IMG/VR virus record: IMGVR_UViG_3300025968_000009
Coordinates: 1-38,302 of that record
Direction: 5' to 3' (one strand)
From: a virus
Lineage: Duplodnaviria; Caudoviricetes
Length of the DNA: 38,302 bases
Under the pieces are notes generated by a model. The model did no database searches. It was not told the DNA's origin and worked only from the letters and a program-made list of their open reading frames with translations. Position numbers and translations under genes: made by a program. How positions within the stretch are numbered: position 1 is the stretch's first letter; each line of letters begins with the position of its first letter. This document shows, piece after piece, positions 15,533 to 25,267 of this stretch.

Positions 15533-16552
15533 CTACGCGGTCGCGCCGATCTTCTCGATGTACCACGGCGACGTGGTGATGGACGCCGGATCCCAGCGGG
15601 CCTGGAGGGTCAGACGCGGGGCCAGGGTCCCATCGTCCGCCGCCTCAAACTCCGCGTTCTCGGTCATGATCGCGTCCCGGAGGCCGAACCGGATCTCCCG
15701 TCCGTCCAGACCCTGCACCCGGAGTTCCCAGGCGTGGTAGACGGTCGAGGCGAGACGCCGCGAGGACCCGGACGTGGACTCCACGATGGAGGACCCCGCG
15801 TTGCTCTGCTCCAGGGCAATGTCCCCGGACCGATGCGCCAACTGCGTCGGCTCCGTGAATGAGAGACCCGTGCCGCCCGCGCCCGTCGTGCCGACGAACG
15901 TCAGTTGACGGACCTCCTGCTCGCCGGGGTACCCGAACCGGAAGTAGTCCCCGACCACCAGACCCGCGACGGAGGCCACCTTGATGTTGGTCGACCCCGC
16001 CGGGGCGTCCAGGGCGAGGGTCGTGGAGACCACCTCCACCACGGCATCGCCCAGGGTGTGCGCCTTGGTCAGCGCGCCCTCCACGTCGATGCCGGTGCCG
16101 CCCGCGCCCGCCGTCCCGACCACCAGGATCTCGCGAAACTCCCGCGCGCCCGCCGCGCCGATCTGGATCACGTCGCCAGCGGTGAAGTTGGTGATCGCGT
16201 CCACCTTGATGTTGGTCGCGCCGACGATGGATCCCGCCGCCAGGAGGGTCGAACCGCCGCCGCCCGCCGGGACCCCGATCCCGTCCTGCGCCGTCGCGAG
16301 GGACCCAGGGACCATGTAGGAGAGTTTCGTCGGGTCGAGTTCCGGGACCGTGACCTCCAGTTCGGCGGTCTCACTCTGGACGTAGTCCGTCCCCACGATG
16401 GGACCCGGCGTGCCATTCAGGTCGGGCGCGTAGTACTCGCGCGTCACCCGGAACATGTTGTTGTCCATCGTGGCCCCGACCGGCTGGCCGTCCACGTAGA
16501 CCTCGCCCGCTCCGATGAACAGTTCGGATGCGGTGGTCGCGGTCACAGGCAT
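15533..16552 (-). CDS. major tail tube protein with a duplicated internal beta-domain insertion
   Basis: LFIGAGEVY..VGAT N-terminus and tube-like C-terminus; two copies of TL..GxTNIKV....GD. Confidence 0.8.
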   Translation of the reverse strand: MPVTATTASELFIGAGEVYVDGQPVGATMDNNMFRVTREYYAPDLNGTPGPIVGTDYVQSETAELEVTVPELDPTKLSYMVPGSLATAQDGIGVPAGGGGSTLLAAGSIVGATNIKVDAITNFTAGDVIQIGAAGAREFREILVVGTAGAGGTGIDVEGALTKAHTLGDAVVEVVSTTLALDAPAGSTNIKVASVAGLVVGDYFRFGYPGEQEVRQLTFVGTTGAGGTGLSFTEPTQLAHRSGDIALEQSNAGSSIVESTSGSSRRLASTVYHAWELRVQGLDGREIRFGLRDAIMTENAEFEAADDGTLAPRLTLQARWDPASITTSPWYIEKIGATA

Positions 16553-16604
16553 TGCCCGTTCCTCCTCTCACCTCCCTGCTTCCCAGGGAGGAGATCTGGC
16601 GACC

Positions 16605-17027
16605 TCAGACGTTCGTCGCTGTGGTCGCGTGGACGATATAGACGGAGGTCACGGAGGACCACCGCGTGTCCGGATCTTCCCCGGCCTGTCCCCCCACTTC
16701 CTCGGCTGAGCGATAGATTGCCACGTTCGCCGCCGGGTGGCGAGGTCCTTCGGAGTGAAGGATCTCGGAGACCCGCTCATCCAGGACCGCCGCGAGCCTG
16801 GGGTCCAGGTCGAACGCCTGGACCGCGATCCTCCACCGGGCATGAGCGATCCGCTCCGTCCGGTTTCGGCTGTTCATCCGGACGATCACCAGAGGCGGCG
16901 AGTCGCCCGCCGTGTCCGCGTCTCCCTCCATCCGACGCCCGCCCCGGACCTGGACCGGCCACGTCCCGCCGTCCGCCTGGAGACCCGTCCGGATCTCCTG
17001 GACGATCTGCCCGATGGGATCCGCCAT
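16605..17027 (-). CDS. tail terminator / tail completion protein
   Basis: PPLVIV..RIAVQAF..DPDTRW motifs; position before tail tube. Confidence 0.7.
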   Translation of the reverse strand: MADPIGQIVQEIRTGLQADGGTWPVQVRGGRRMEGDADTAGDSPPLVIVRMNSRNRTERIAHARWRIAVQAFDLDPRLAAVLDERVSEILHSEGPRHPAANVAIYRSAEEVGGQAGEDPDTRWSSVTSVYIVHATTATNV

Positions 17028-17028
17028 C

Positions 17029-17526
17029 TCAGAACCCCTGCCGCTTCATCACGGGACGCATGAGGGACGCGATCCGCCCGGACTCCAGATCCCACGCGGG
17101 ACCCAGGAAGGGGCGCTCTGCCATCTTCACCGTCCCGATCTCCACGTAGGCACCATAGTCGCAGTTGGTCCCGACCGCGACCATGATCCCCTTCTTTGGC
17201 GCGTAGTCCGGGACGGTCTTCCCGTTCTCATCGGACTGCCCAGACCCGACCACGGGCTTGCCGTCCACGAACGCCGCCGTGTGGATGGATCGCCGCAGCG
17301 TCCCGCCGATGAGGACGGACCCGTTGTCCGCCCCGATGGGGACCTCCCCGCGCTCCCCCGCCTTGGTCCGCTTGGTCGTGAGGAAGGATCGGTAGCCGCC
17401 ACGGACCGGGGCCTCCCGCTTGGCACCCGCCTCCACCGCGTGCCCGAAGTTCAGGACCGCGAGACCCAGGGCCGCACGGAACCGCGCCATCTCCGCCGGT
17501 CGGATCTTCACCCGCGCCTCAGCCAC
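17029..17526 (-). CDS. HK97 gp10-like neck/tail component
   Basis: AKREAPV..GTLRRSI..YGAYVEIGTVKMAERPFLGPA. Confidence 0.85.
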   Translation of the reverse strand: MAEARVKIRPAEMARFRAALGLAVLNFGHAVEAGAKREAPVRGGYRSFLTTKRTKAGERGEVPIGADNGSVLIGGTLRRSIHTAAFVDGKPVVGSGQSDENGKTVPDYAPKKGIMVAVGTNCDYGAYVEIGTVKMAERPFLGPAWDLESGRIASLMRPVMKRQGF

Positions 17527-17851
17527 CTGGGTTCACCTTCCGCCCCGCGATCTCGATGTGGTGCGCCGCTCCGCCCGCGTCCTGGGGATTGCCGATCACC
17601 CGGTACGGCTGGGGACCGTAGACGATGAGATCGTCCGCCCGGACGTTCGTCCCCCAGGGCAGGAAGATCAGCGCGTCCACGATCTCCACCCCAGACGGAC
17701 GGGGCTGCTCCCTGGACCCGCGATCCTGGACCAGCGCCGGGACGTTCGTCGCGACCGTCTCCAGGGCCTCCAGAGGGAGACCCCATTCGTCCTCCCCGCC
17801 CGTGGGCGAGTCCCGGAGGATCGCGACCCGATGGACCAGTCCGACGTTCAC
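17519..17851 (-). CDS. head closure / head-tail adaptor (SPP1 gp16-like)
   Basis: HRVAILR..DEWG..D.I..YRVIG..HHIEI pattern; position. Confidence 0.75.
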   Translation of the reverse strand: MNVGLVHRVAILRDSPTGGEDEWGLPLEALETVATNVPALVQDRGSREQPRPSGVEIVDALIFLPWGTNVRADDLIVYGPQPYRVIGNPQDAGGAAHHIEIAGRKVNPGG

Positions 17852-18420
17852 GCGAACACGATCCCCGCCCTGGGATGCAGACGCGCGAGGATCGCCGCCT
17901 TGGTCGCCTCCCTGGACGTGCTGGTACTGCTGGACCCGTAGGACTCAGACCACGATCCCATCGTCCGCTGCGTGACGGGACCCGTTGCGGTGGGACCCGC
18001 GCCCGCATCCGTCCCGACCATCTCCAGGAGGGCGACGATCCGCTCCGCGAGGTTCGCGAGCGGGAGGTACGTCACCTCCACCAGGGGCGACCACCTGGAG
18101 GCGGAGTTCGTCCCCGTGGTGAGACGGGCCAGGGTGTTCCCTCCGTCCAGGAGGAGGTAGTCGTCTGCCGCCAGGACGGTCCAGGACGCATCCGATGCGC
18201 GCTCCCGGACCTGGACCACGGATCCCGCTGGCTGCTCCAGGAGGAGACCAGAGACGCGGCCACGGAGGGTCTGGACCGCCGGGGATCCCTCCCGCGTGTG
18301 GGGACCCAGGACGCGGACCATCTGGGCCTCATTGCTGTCGATGAGCCGCTGGATCGCATCGTCTCCCAGGGACGTCCCCGGATCATGCTCACGGTAGACC
18401 GCCGGGGTGATGAGGCTCAT
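17848..18420 (-). CDS. head-tail connector (gp6/gp15-like)
   Basis: MSLIT..IQRLID, VEVTY, GSWSESY; first neck gene. Confidence 0.7.
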   Translation of the reverse strand: MSLITPAVYREHDPGTSLGDDAIQRLIDSNEAQMVRVLGPHTREGSPAVQTLRGRVSGLLLEQPAGSVVQVRERASDASWTVLAADDYLLLDGGNTLARLTTGTNSASRWSPLVEVTYLPLANLAERIVALLEMVGTDAGAGPTATGPVTQRTMGSWSESYGSSSTSTSREATKAAILARLHPRAGIVFA

Positions 18421-18435
18421 CGGGGGATCTCCCTG

Positions 18436-18807
18436 CTACTTGTCCCCGCCGGGACCTTCGATCACCTTGGTCCCGCCCTTCGGACGGCGGACCGCCTTGG
18501 CCTGGGGAGGTGCCTGGACCTTGTACCCGACCGCCTCCGCGTCCTCCTCCCGGACCTCCATCCCAGGGGTCGCCCAGAGGCGTGCGCCCTTCTCCGGATC
18601 GGTCGTCGCGCGACCGCTGTCGTCCAGATAGACCCGTTCTCCGACCGTGATCCTCGGCATCCCTGCATCCCTTTCGCGTTGCATCGCGAGGGTCACGATC
18701 TGGACCCCCTTCTCTCCGGTCATGATAGGCGAACAGGAGGACCCGACCGCGCCGCAGACGGGGCACTTGCCCTTCTCATCCCACGGGAACCCTCCACGCG
18801 ATGCCAT
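18436..18807 (-). CDS. hypothetical virion-associated protein (start uncertain; alternative ATG at 18660)
   Basis: ORF between capsid decoration and connector; N-terminal CPVCG. Confidence 0.55.
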   Translation of the reverse strand: MASRGGFPWDEKGKCPVCGAVGSSCSPIMTGEKGVQIVTLAMQRERDAGMPRITVGERVYLDDSGRATTDPEKGARLWATPGMEVREEDAEAVGYKVQAPPQAKAVRRPKGGTKVIEGPGGDK

Positions 18808-18827
18808 CCCTGGGCCTCCAGGACGGT

Positions 18828-18854
18828 CGGAGGGCGGCTTCCGCGCGCCCTCCG
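18828..18854 (-). terminator. hairpin after the capsid decoration gene
   Basis: CGGAGGGCG-N9-CGCCCTCCG; no U-tail. Confidence 0.4.
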
Positions 18855-18870
18855 CCCATTCACCTTGCTG

Positions 18871-19380
18871 CTACGTCTGGACCCCCACCTTGGTCCAGAC
18901 GGGGTTGTCCGGGGTCCCCGTGTTGATGTAGAGGATCCCGTTGGTCGTGTCCGTGAGGAGGGCACCCCTGGGAGCGCCGATCCCCGTCTCCTCCACGCCT
19001 GGGGTCGTCTCCGTCACCGCGACCTCCGGGGTCGTCCCGCCGGTCAGGGCCGACGCGACCACCTCCAGGAGGGGCTGCGGTCGACGTCCGAACCCAGGAC
19101 CGGAGAACGTGACGGTGACGGGGGTCCCCGGAAGGGCACCTCCCGCGCAGACCACCGCGCCCGATCCGAACCCTGGGAGTGCTTCGATTGCCGAGTCCAC
19201 CGCTGCCGCCGCCGCGTTGTACGCGATTGCCGCCGTGGTGAACGCGCCGAACCGGAGCCGAAACGTCCCGCCCGTGGGCGTCCCGGTGATGGTGATCGTC
19301 TGGACCTCATCGGTCCCCGCGACGGGCGCGCCGTCCACGGTCGCCCCTGCGGCCAGTCCTGCACCCGCGATGATGGGCAT
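18871..19380 (-). CDS. putative capsid decoration / head fibre protein
   Basis: DEVQTITITGTPTGGTFRL..TAAIAYNA..ALP domain and C-terminal GILYINTGT..WT; directly after MCP. Confidence 0.65.
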   Translation of the reverse strand: MPIIAGAGLAAGATVDGAPVAGTDEVQTITITGTPTGGTFRLRFGAFTTAAIAYNAAAAAVDSAIEALPGFGSGAVVCAGGALPGTPVTVTFSGPGFGRRPQPLLEVVASALTGGTTPEVAVTETTPGVEETGIGAPRGALLTDTTNGILYINTGTPDNPVWTKVGVQT

Positions 19381-19400
19381 CTCTGGTCTCCCTTCTGCCT

Positions 19401-19426
19401 GGGAGGGAGACTCGCGCCTCCCTCCC
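19401..19426 (-). terminator. hairpin after the major capsid gene
   Basis: GGGAGGGAG-N8-CTCCCTCCC. Confidence 0.5.
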
Positions 19427-19437
19427 CTGGGCTACTG

Positions 19438-20655
19438 CTAGATGCCGGTGACGGTGCAGAACGCGGCGGGCCGGAACACGACGAGCGCGAGCCGCTCCTC
19501 CGCCCGGATCATCACCTGGTTCTTGATGAAGAAGTCGCTGTGGCTGTCGCTCACGGCGAACGCGATATCCGACCGGCGGAACACCTGGGCACCCGCGCGG
19601 AACGCCCCGACGAGGCCCGTCCCCGCCGCGATGGTCGTGGTGAGCGTGACGTTCACGCCCCAGATCCGGTTCGGCCCGACGTCCGCCGGGGACCCCCAGA
19701 TGTAGATCCCGTCCACCGTCCGGAGGAGACGGACGTCCTGCCAGTCGAGGGGGTTGGCGACGGCGGCATCCACCGGGAGGAACGCCCCGGTCATCACCTT
19801 TACCATCGCCTTGTAGAACGCGTCGGGCGTCGGATCCGCGCCCTTGGCCTGGGTCTGGATCCCCGGCGTGTTCAGGATGCCCAGGAGGTTCGGCGCGATG
19901 CCGTCTCCGTTGAGCAACTGCCCGTCCTCGCGGTACCCGATGAACTGCCCGAGGCGGGAGTTCACGTAGTCCTCCATCGCGGGTGCGTCCGCGAGGAGTT
20001 CGTCCGTGACAGGAAGGACCGTCGCGATCTTCCGGACGGGGCTGGACTTCTCCGTGAATGCCAGGGCGGACTCAGGCTTGGTCCCGCCCTCCCCGACCTC
20101 CGCCGCCGCGTTCGTGGTGGTCGTCTCCTCCATGTAGACGATGGAGGACTGCGACGTCCGCCCGGACGCGAGGAGGTCCGCGATGGTCGGCTGCTGCTCG
20201 CCCGGCTGGATCATCACGCCGGGGAGGCGCGTGGACTCCAGGGGGTAGCCCGTGGTGGTGAGCAGGGTCTTCATGCCGAACCGCGCGGCCTTCGCGGAGA
20301 CCTTGGTCAGGTCGATCTCCGACGCGGGACCACGCTTGGCGACCGCGCTGTACTCGGTGAACGCCTTGCTGGCGACGAACAGTTCGCCCAGGGACTTCGG
20401 CTGCGGAGGATCCTGGGACTCCTGGGCCTTCATCTCCGGGAACGTCATCGCGCCCTGGGTGGCCTTCCGCCCGATGTCTTCGATCTCCTGGGCCTTCTCC
20501 AGGGCCACGCCCAGATCGTTGAGTTCGGCGTTCTTCTGGCGAAGGTCGGAGACCTCCTCATCCGTGAAGTCGCGGTCGGGCTTCGCTGCGAACGCCTCCG
20601 CGATGGACTTCTGCTTGGCGATCATCTCCTCGCGGAGCGCCACGATCTTGCTCAT
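19438..20655 (-). CDS. HK97-fold major capsid protein with N-terminal delta/scaffold region
   Basis: AAEVGEGGTKPES, VRKIA..VTDELLADA, LLNGDG, NPLDW, IRAEERLALVVFRPAAF. Confidence 0.97.
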   Translation of the reverse strand: MSKIVALREEMIAKQKSIAEAFAAKPDRDFTDEEVSDLRQKNAELNDLGVALEKAQEIEDIGRKATQGAMTFPEMKAQESQDPPQPKSLGELFVASKAFTEYSAVAKRGPASEIDLTKVSAKAARFGMKTLLTTTGYPLESTRLPGVMIQPGEQQPTIADLLASGRTSQSSIVYMEETTTTNAAAEVGEGGTKPESALAFTEKSSPVRKIATVLPVTDELLADAPAMEDYVNSRLGQFIGYREDGQLLNGDGIAPNLLGILNTPGIQTQAKGADPTPDAFYKAMVKVMTGAFLPVDAAVANPLDWQDVRLLRTVDGIYIWGSPADVGPNRIWGVNVTLTTTIAAGTGLVGAFRAGAQVFRRSDIAFAVSDSHSDFFIKNQVMIRAEERLALVVFRPAAFCTVTGI

Positions 20656-20676
20656 GTGCTGGTGTACCTCTCTGTG

Positions 20677-21504
20677 TCAGGAATGGAGGAGGCGGTTCAC
20701 GCGCGCCTGGGTCTCCAGGAACGCGACCTCCAGGGACTTGCCCTCCTCACGGACCTTGTCGGGATCCGTCGAGTCGAGCAGACCTTCGATCTCCGAACGG
20801 AAGTCATCCGTCTGCCGCAGGGCCTCCAGGAGGGACGTGAGTCTCGCCCGGTTCGCCGCGCTCAGTACGCGACCTTCCTTGGTCCGGAGATCCGCGATCT
20901 CCCTTGCTCGGGTCGTGAACGCCTCCACCTCCTCCAGCACGCGGAGGTAGTGGTCCGCGAACGGGATGGCCGCAAGCGCCTCCCCGTCCTCCCCGGACTT
21001 GATCGCCAAAGTCTGGGTCCCGTTCCCCGCCCCGATGAGGACGGGTGAGACCTCATGCACGTTGTACCGCTTGTTCAGGTTCGCCTGGACGCCCGCCCAG
21101 ACGCCCTTGGTGGACTCCACCTCATACCCGAAGGACCACTCCTGCAGATCGCGGAGACCCTTCACGGTGAGGTAGGTGTCGCGCCCGTGGGTCGTGTCGA
21201 TGAAGAAGCCGCCCGTGAGGATCCCCAGGTTCCTCCCGCCCTTCCCCTTCCCTTCGGTGATCGTCCCGATCCCGACAGGGAGACGCCCGCCCCGCTCGGG
21301 CCAGGACGCGTGGGCGTATGAGGAGATCGGGACTTCCTTCCCGACAGGGAGCGACCCGACCAGCGAGACGTCGCCGTCCTTGTCGATATCCTCCGCCTTC
21401 TGGTCGGTCGGATCGCCCAGGGTCGCGAACGCGACGGTGACGGATCCATCCTCCGACAGGGAGAGGTCGACCGCCTCCGCGATCTTCACTCCGCGAACGC
21501 CCAT
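20677..21504 (-). CDS. HK97-family prohead protease
   Basis: DKDGDV, H..LPVG, EWSFGY, EVSPVLIGA; start moved to ATG at 21504 after GGAGG. Confidence 0.9.
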   Translation of the reverse strand: MGVRGVKIAEAVDLSLSEDGSVTVAFATLGDPTDQKAEDIDKDGDVSLVGSLPVGKEVPISSYAHASWPERGGRLPVGIGTITEGKGKGGRNLGILTGGFFIDTTHGRDTYLTVKGLRDLQEWSFGYEVESTKGVWAGVQANLNKRYNVHEVSPVLIGAGNGTQTLAIKSGEDGEALAAIPFADHYLRVLEEVEAFTTRAREIADLRTKEGRVLSAANRARLTSLLEALRQTDDFRSEIEGLLDSTDPDKVREEGKSLEVAFLETQARVNRLLHS

Positions 21505-21589
21505 TGTCGCCTCCTCCGTGGCAGCAAGCGCCACCTATCGCCGCGAGTCTAGCCCATCCGTCCACGCCCAGGAAGATCCCCGGACGTCC

Positions 21590-21853
21590 TCATCCCCTGG
21601 ACCCCGCCGCCGCCTCCAGGACCCCCGCCGGGGGAGGTCCCTGGAACGGGACCCATTCGTCCGGATCCATCATCGCCAGGACGGACCCGAGTTTGCGCGC
21701 CGGGGAGACCCGCATGGGCGAGACCCCGCCCGACGTCTCCACGATCCGGACCTGTTCCATCCCAGGGGGCACGTCGCCCTCATCCACCCGGACGATGAAC
21801 GATCCCCGACCGTCCGCGAGTATCACTTTCACGGCTTCCTCACCCATACCCAT
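21590..21853 (-). CDS. small hypothetical protein; candidate immunity partner of the MuF C-terminal domain
   Basis: 87 aa, overlaps the MuF stop, interrupts the head operon. Confidence 0.55.
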   Translation of the reverse strand: MGMGEEAVKVILADGRGSFIVRVDEGDVPPGMEQVRIVETSGGVSPMRVSPARKLGSVLAMMDPDEWVPFQGPPPAGVLEAAAGSRG

Positions 21854-23556
21854 CTCTGCGCCGCCGCCTTGTCCTGGACGAACCCCGCCGCCTCCACCTT
21901 CCGAATGATCTCCGGGGTGGGGTCACGCTCAAACGTGATCCGGAGGATATCGTCCGCCGACAGCCCGCCGTGGATCTGGGCCTCCGTGTACGGACTCCCG
22001 AACCGCCCAGGACGGGGCAGGGCTCCGCGCCCGCCCATCGCGTTCGGGTTGTAGGACGTCGCCCGGACTGCGGTCAGGGGAGACGGTTGCGCCTCCAGCC
22101 CCAGGGAGTCGCCCCAGGTGACGGTCGTCCTGGACCGGACCGCCGGTTTCAGATCCATCAGCACGTCCCCGTACCAGGACGCGGAGTCGCGTGCGCCCTC
22201 CATCCTCATGTACCCGTAGATCGCGCGCTGCGTCACCTCCTGGGCCTTCGGCACTCCGAACATGAACGTCTCCGCCGCCGCCCGGTACTCCTGGTTGAGC
22301 GCGCCTCCGGACGTCCCCGTCTCAAACTGGCTCTTGAAGCGACCATCGTCCAGGATCCGCCCCAGGGAGTTCATGCTCCGCCGCGTGGAGAGGGTCGCGT
22401 CATCCAGGGTCTGCTGCATCACCCGCGCGCCCTCCCTCATCGCGTCATCCACGCTCATCCCCGCCGCCCTGGCCGCGTCCTCCCATCCCATGCGGACCAT
22501 CATGGAGACGCCCTCACCGTACCGTCCCCATCCCCCGACGCTGTCGACGGGCTGGAGGTACGCCCCGGTCTCCATCTTGTCGTGCATCTCCTCCAGGTGC
22601 CGGGAGATCTCATCCGGGAGACCCCTGGGTTCGGGTTCCGCCTGGACGATAGGCGTGTCGTCCACCGGGGGAGGTGCCGCGTCCTCTGGGACCACCGGCT
22701 CCGCCTCCACGGGCGCGGGTGGGACTTCCTCCTCCACCGGGGCGGGCGGCTCCGCTGGGGCCGTCTCAGCCGGTGCAGGGGCCTCCTCCTCCCGGAGGAC
22801 CACGGGACCGAACGCCCGCTGGCAATGAGGATGGGCCAGGGGGTATTCGTCCGCCTCATCCAGGGTCCGCGTAGACCCGTCCGCCAGATCCGGGTCGTCG
22901 TGTTCCGTCCAGCCGCACTCCGGGCCATCGTAGACCTGGACCATCTCCACGATCCCGGACTCCCGGTAGCCCTCCGTCGCCGCGTAGTTGTACGCGAACC
23001 CAGACTCGGTGAGCGCGATGATGTGCGCCCGCCCGCCGTCCTCTCCCCAGGACCGGAGGAGATCCCCCAGGCGCTCCTCCAGACGGTCCGCGTTCGATCC
23101 CGCCCGGATCTCCGCCTCCACGCGAGTCGCGATCATCCGCTGGCTGGCTTCATTGATCTGTGTGATCCGCGTCCCGACCTTCTCCAGGATCCTCTCCACG
23201 CCGCGCGCGTTCAGGTCGAAGTCCAGACGCCGCCCGATCTGCGCGCCCACCACGTCCTCCCAGACCGTCTGGGTCATGGAGAGGTACTGCTTGTCGAGGA
23301 TCCCTTTCAGTTCCCGCGTGAGGACGGAGGATCCGCCGGTCGCCGCGATGGTGGATCGGTAGAGGGACCGGACCATCGTCTCCGTGTCGGACGGACTCGC
23401 GGCCTTCCGCCCGCCCAGGATCGCCGTCTCCAGGTGCCGGAAGTACCGCTGCAGATCCGGGGTCGCCGCCCGGATGGAGACCTCCACCGCCCGACGTCGG
23501 ACCCCGACCACCGCGCGCGGCCCGACGATCCTCTCAGCCTTGGTCGCGACCACCAT
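21829..23556 (-). CDS. MuF/SPP1 gp7-like minor head protein with C-terminal DUF3626-like domain
   Basis: RAHIIALTE..YN, HPHCQR MuF motifs; Pro/Glu linker; GRFKSQFETGTSGG..IYGY..YG..LKP..RTTVTWGDS..YTEAQIHG. Confidence 0.8.
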   Translation of the reverse strand: MVVATKAERIVGPRAVVGVRRRAVEVSIRAATPDLQRYFRHLETAILGGRKAASPSDTETMVRSLYRSTIAATGGSSVLTRELKGILDKQYLSMTQTVWEDVVGAQIGRRLDFDLNARGVERILEKVGTRITQINEASQRMIATRVEAEIRAGSNADRLEERLGDLLRSWGEDGGRAHIIALTESGFAYNYAATEGYRESGIVEMVQVYDGPECGWTEHDDPDLADGSTRTLDEADEYPLAHPHCQRAFGPVVLREEEAPAPAETAPAEPPAPVEEEVPPAPVEAEPVVPEDAAPPPVDDTPIVQAEPEPRGLPDEISRHLEEMHDKMETGAYLQPVDSVGGWGRYGEGVSMMVRMGWEDAARAAGMSVDDAMREGARVMQQTLDDATLSTRRSMNSLGRILDDGRFKSQFETGTSGGALNQEYRAAAETFMFGVPKAQEVTQRAIYGYMRMEGARDSASWYGDVLMDLKPAVRSRTTVTWGDSLGLEAQPSPLTAVRATSYNPNAMGGRGALPRPGRFGSPYTEAQIHGGLSADDILRITFERDPTPEIIRKVEAAGFVQDKAAAQRWVWVRKP

Positions 23557-23561
23557 CCGCG

Positions 23562-24965
23562 CTACGTCCCCAGGGCGACGATCTCCTCCAGGAGGGACGC
23601 CGCTCCCTCTCCAGGGACCTCCTCCGTGTCGTCCTCCTCCTCCGGGGGTTCCTCCTGGGGGGCGACCTCCGCCGCCGTGGGCGTTCCCTCCTCCACCGCC
23701 GGGGCCATCTGGTCATCCTCCGGGACCACCACGATGTTGAAGGCGCGGAGGTAGACCCGATCCGCCTCATCGTCCACGGGGAGACCGATCTGCTGCTTGT
23801 ACGTGGCCAGGGTGATCAGCCCCTTGCTCGCCGCGTCACCCGCCCGCGCCCAGATCTTGTTCTGGTCCTCCTGGAGGACGCGGACCTCCGTCGTGTCGAA
23901 GTCGGTCAGGAACCGCGTCGGATCCGCGACGAACTCCGGGGTGAGTTGAATGTCGATCTGGGAGGAGAGGAGCCGCTGGGTCGGGATCAAGTTCTCCTCC
24001 CATCCCGCCTCCCTCGCCTCTCCGAAGTTCGCGAACGTGGACCGATCCAGGCCCGCGCCCAGACCCGCGACGATGGCGGGGACGCCCGTCACCCCGGAGA
24101 TGCGCTCCTCCGGGACCCTCCGGAGCGCGGTGAGATCCATCTGTTGCGGGGAGAACGAAAGGACCTGGACCTTCACCTTCCCGGAGATCACCAGAGGCTC
24201 GCCCCGGTTGTCGCCGCCGAACCGCTCCCGGAAGTTGGCTTTGATCGCGTTCGCCCCAGGGTCGTCCAGGACGGACTCGGTATCGTCCGGGGAGATCACG
24301 ACCCCAGGGACGCCCAGGTTCCGGAGGAGGGACGCGGAGAAGTTCGCCGCCTCATCGTCGGTAAACACTTCGCGGAGGACCGTGGTGATCGGGGACTTCC
24401 CCACGCGGATGTTGTCGGGGTCGATCCCGTATCGGAAGTGGACCGCATCCTCCGCCGGGATCACGACCTCGCGCTGCGCGTCGGGCTTGTAGACGTAGTG
24501 ACTCAGGTACTCCGTCCCATCCTTCGGCCACTTCGGCTCCACCAGCGCCCAGGGGATCCACCAGAGTTCGGTGATCGCGCCTCCAGGACCTCCCCGGACC
24601 TTCACCCAGAACGCGTTGCCGTGGACCCAGAAGTCCACGATGGTAGCCATCCAGAGGAGGATCCCGGAGAAGTACGGGTTGGGCATCCGGAGGAGGTCGA
24701 CCATCCGGTTCGCGCCCACGTCCTCCGTGGACGTCCACTCCCCATCGTCGCCCTTCTCACGGATCCGGACGGGTGCCTCTGGGAAGTTCCGCGCGATCCA
24801 TCCCAGGGTCGCGCCCACGATGGAGTTGCCCGTCCCGTCCCCGACCGCGCCCTTGTAGTCGTACTCCGTCCGCCCCAGGAACGCGGACCAGAGGGATCCC
24901 CCCGTCCCCTGGAAGGCCATCCGGAACGCCTTGGTCCCCATCCGGAGACGCCCGACGATGCTCAT
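23562..24965 (-). CDS. HK97-family portal protein
   Basis: LLRMPNPY, HGNAF, HFRY..GKSP, GVPA..G..STFANF; start moved to ATG at 24965. Confidence 0.95.
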   Translation of the reverse strand: MSIVGRLRMGTKAFRMAFQGTGGSLWSAFLGRTEYDYKGAVGDGTGNSIVGATLGWIARNFPEAPVRIREKGDDGEWTSTEDVGANRMVDLLRMPNPYFSGILLWMATIVDFWVHGNAFWVKVRGGPGGAITELWWIPWALVEPKWPKDGTEYLSHYVYKPDAQREVVIPAEDAVHFRYGIDPDNIRVGKSPITTVLREVFTDDEAANFSASLLRNLGVPGVVISPDDTESVLDDPGANAIKANFRERFGGDNRGEPLVISGKVKVQVLSFSPQQMDLTALRRVPEERISGVTGVPAIVAGLGAGLDRSTFANFGEAREAGWEENLIPTQRLLSSQIDIQLTPEFVADPTRFLTDFDTTEVRVLQEDQNKIWARAGDAASKGLITLATYKQQIGLPVDDEADRVYLRAFNIVVVPEDDQMAPAVEEGTPTAAEVAPQEEPPEEEDDTEEVPGEGAASLLEEIVALGT

Positions 24966-25267
24966 ACCAGATCGCTCCCTCTCACGATGAACGATCCTTC
25001 CTGGATCGCCGGGGCCGCGTTCTCGCCCTCCCATCGGAACTGCCACAGCCCGACCTCATCCGCCGTGAGCAGAGCCTCATAGGACCCCACCGCTGTCTTG
25101 GTCACGGGAGGTGCGGGGTAGACCGTCACCGTGGGCGCGCCCTCCGCCTGGGAGGGGGCCAGGACGCGCAGGGTGACGGTCGTCGGATCCAGGGGCGCGC
25201 CCGTGGAGGGGTCGGCGAATGAGGCCCGGACGAACACGCCCTCCCCCAGGTCGTAGAGGCTAGCCAT
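24962..25267 (-). CDS. small Ig-like/beta-sandwich structural protein
   Basis: F.DP.TG.P.DP..V.L.V..P..G.Y......G.W..RW pattern common in phage virion adaptors. Confidence 0.6.
   Translation of the reverse strand: MASLYDLGEGVFVRASFADPSTGAPLDPTTVTLRVLAPSQAEGAPTVTVYPAPPVTKTAVGSYEALLTADEVGLWQFRWEGENAAPAIQEGSFIVRGSDLV

Noticed and set aside
17875-21048. 1057-aa plus-strand ORF and the many other long plus-strand ORFs
   Set aside because: Antisense shadows of capsid/neck and other genes in high-GC DNA; Arg/Pro/Gly-rich with no motifs; the minus strand is fully tiled by coupled genes.
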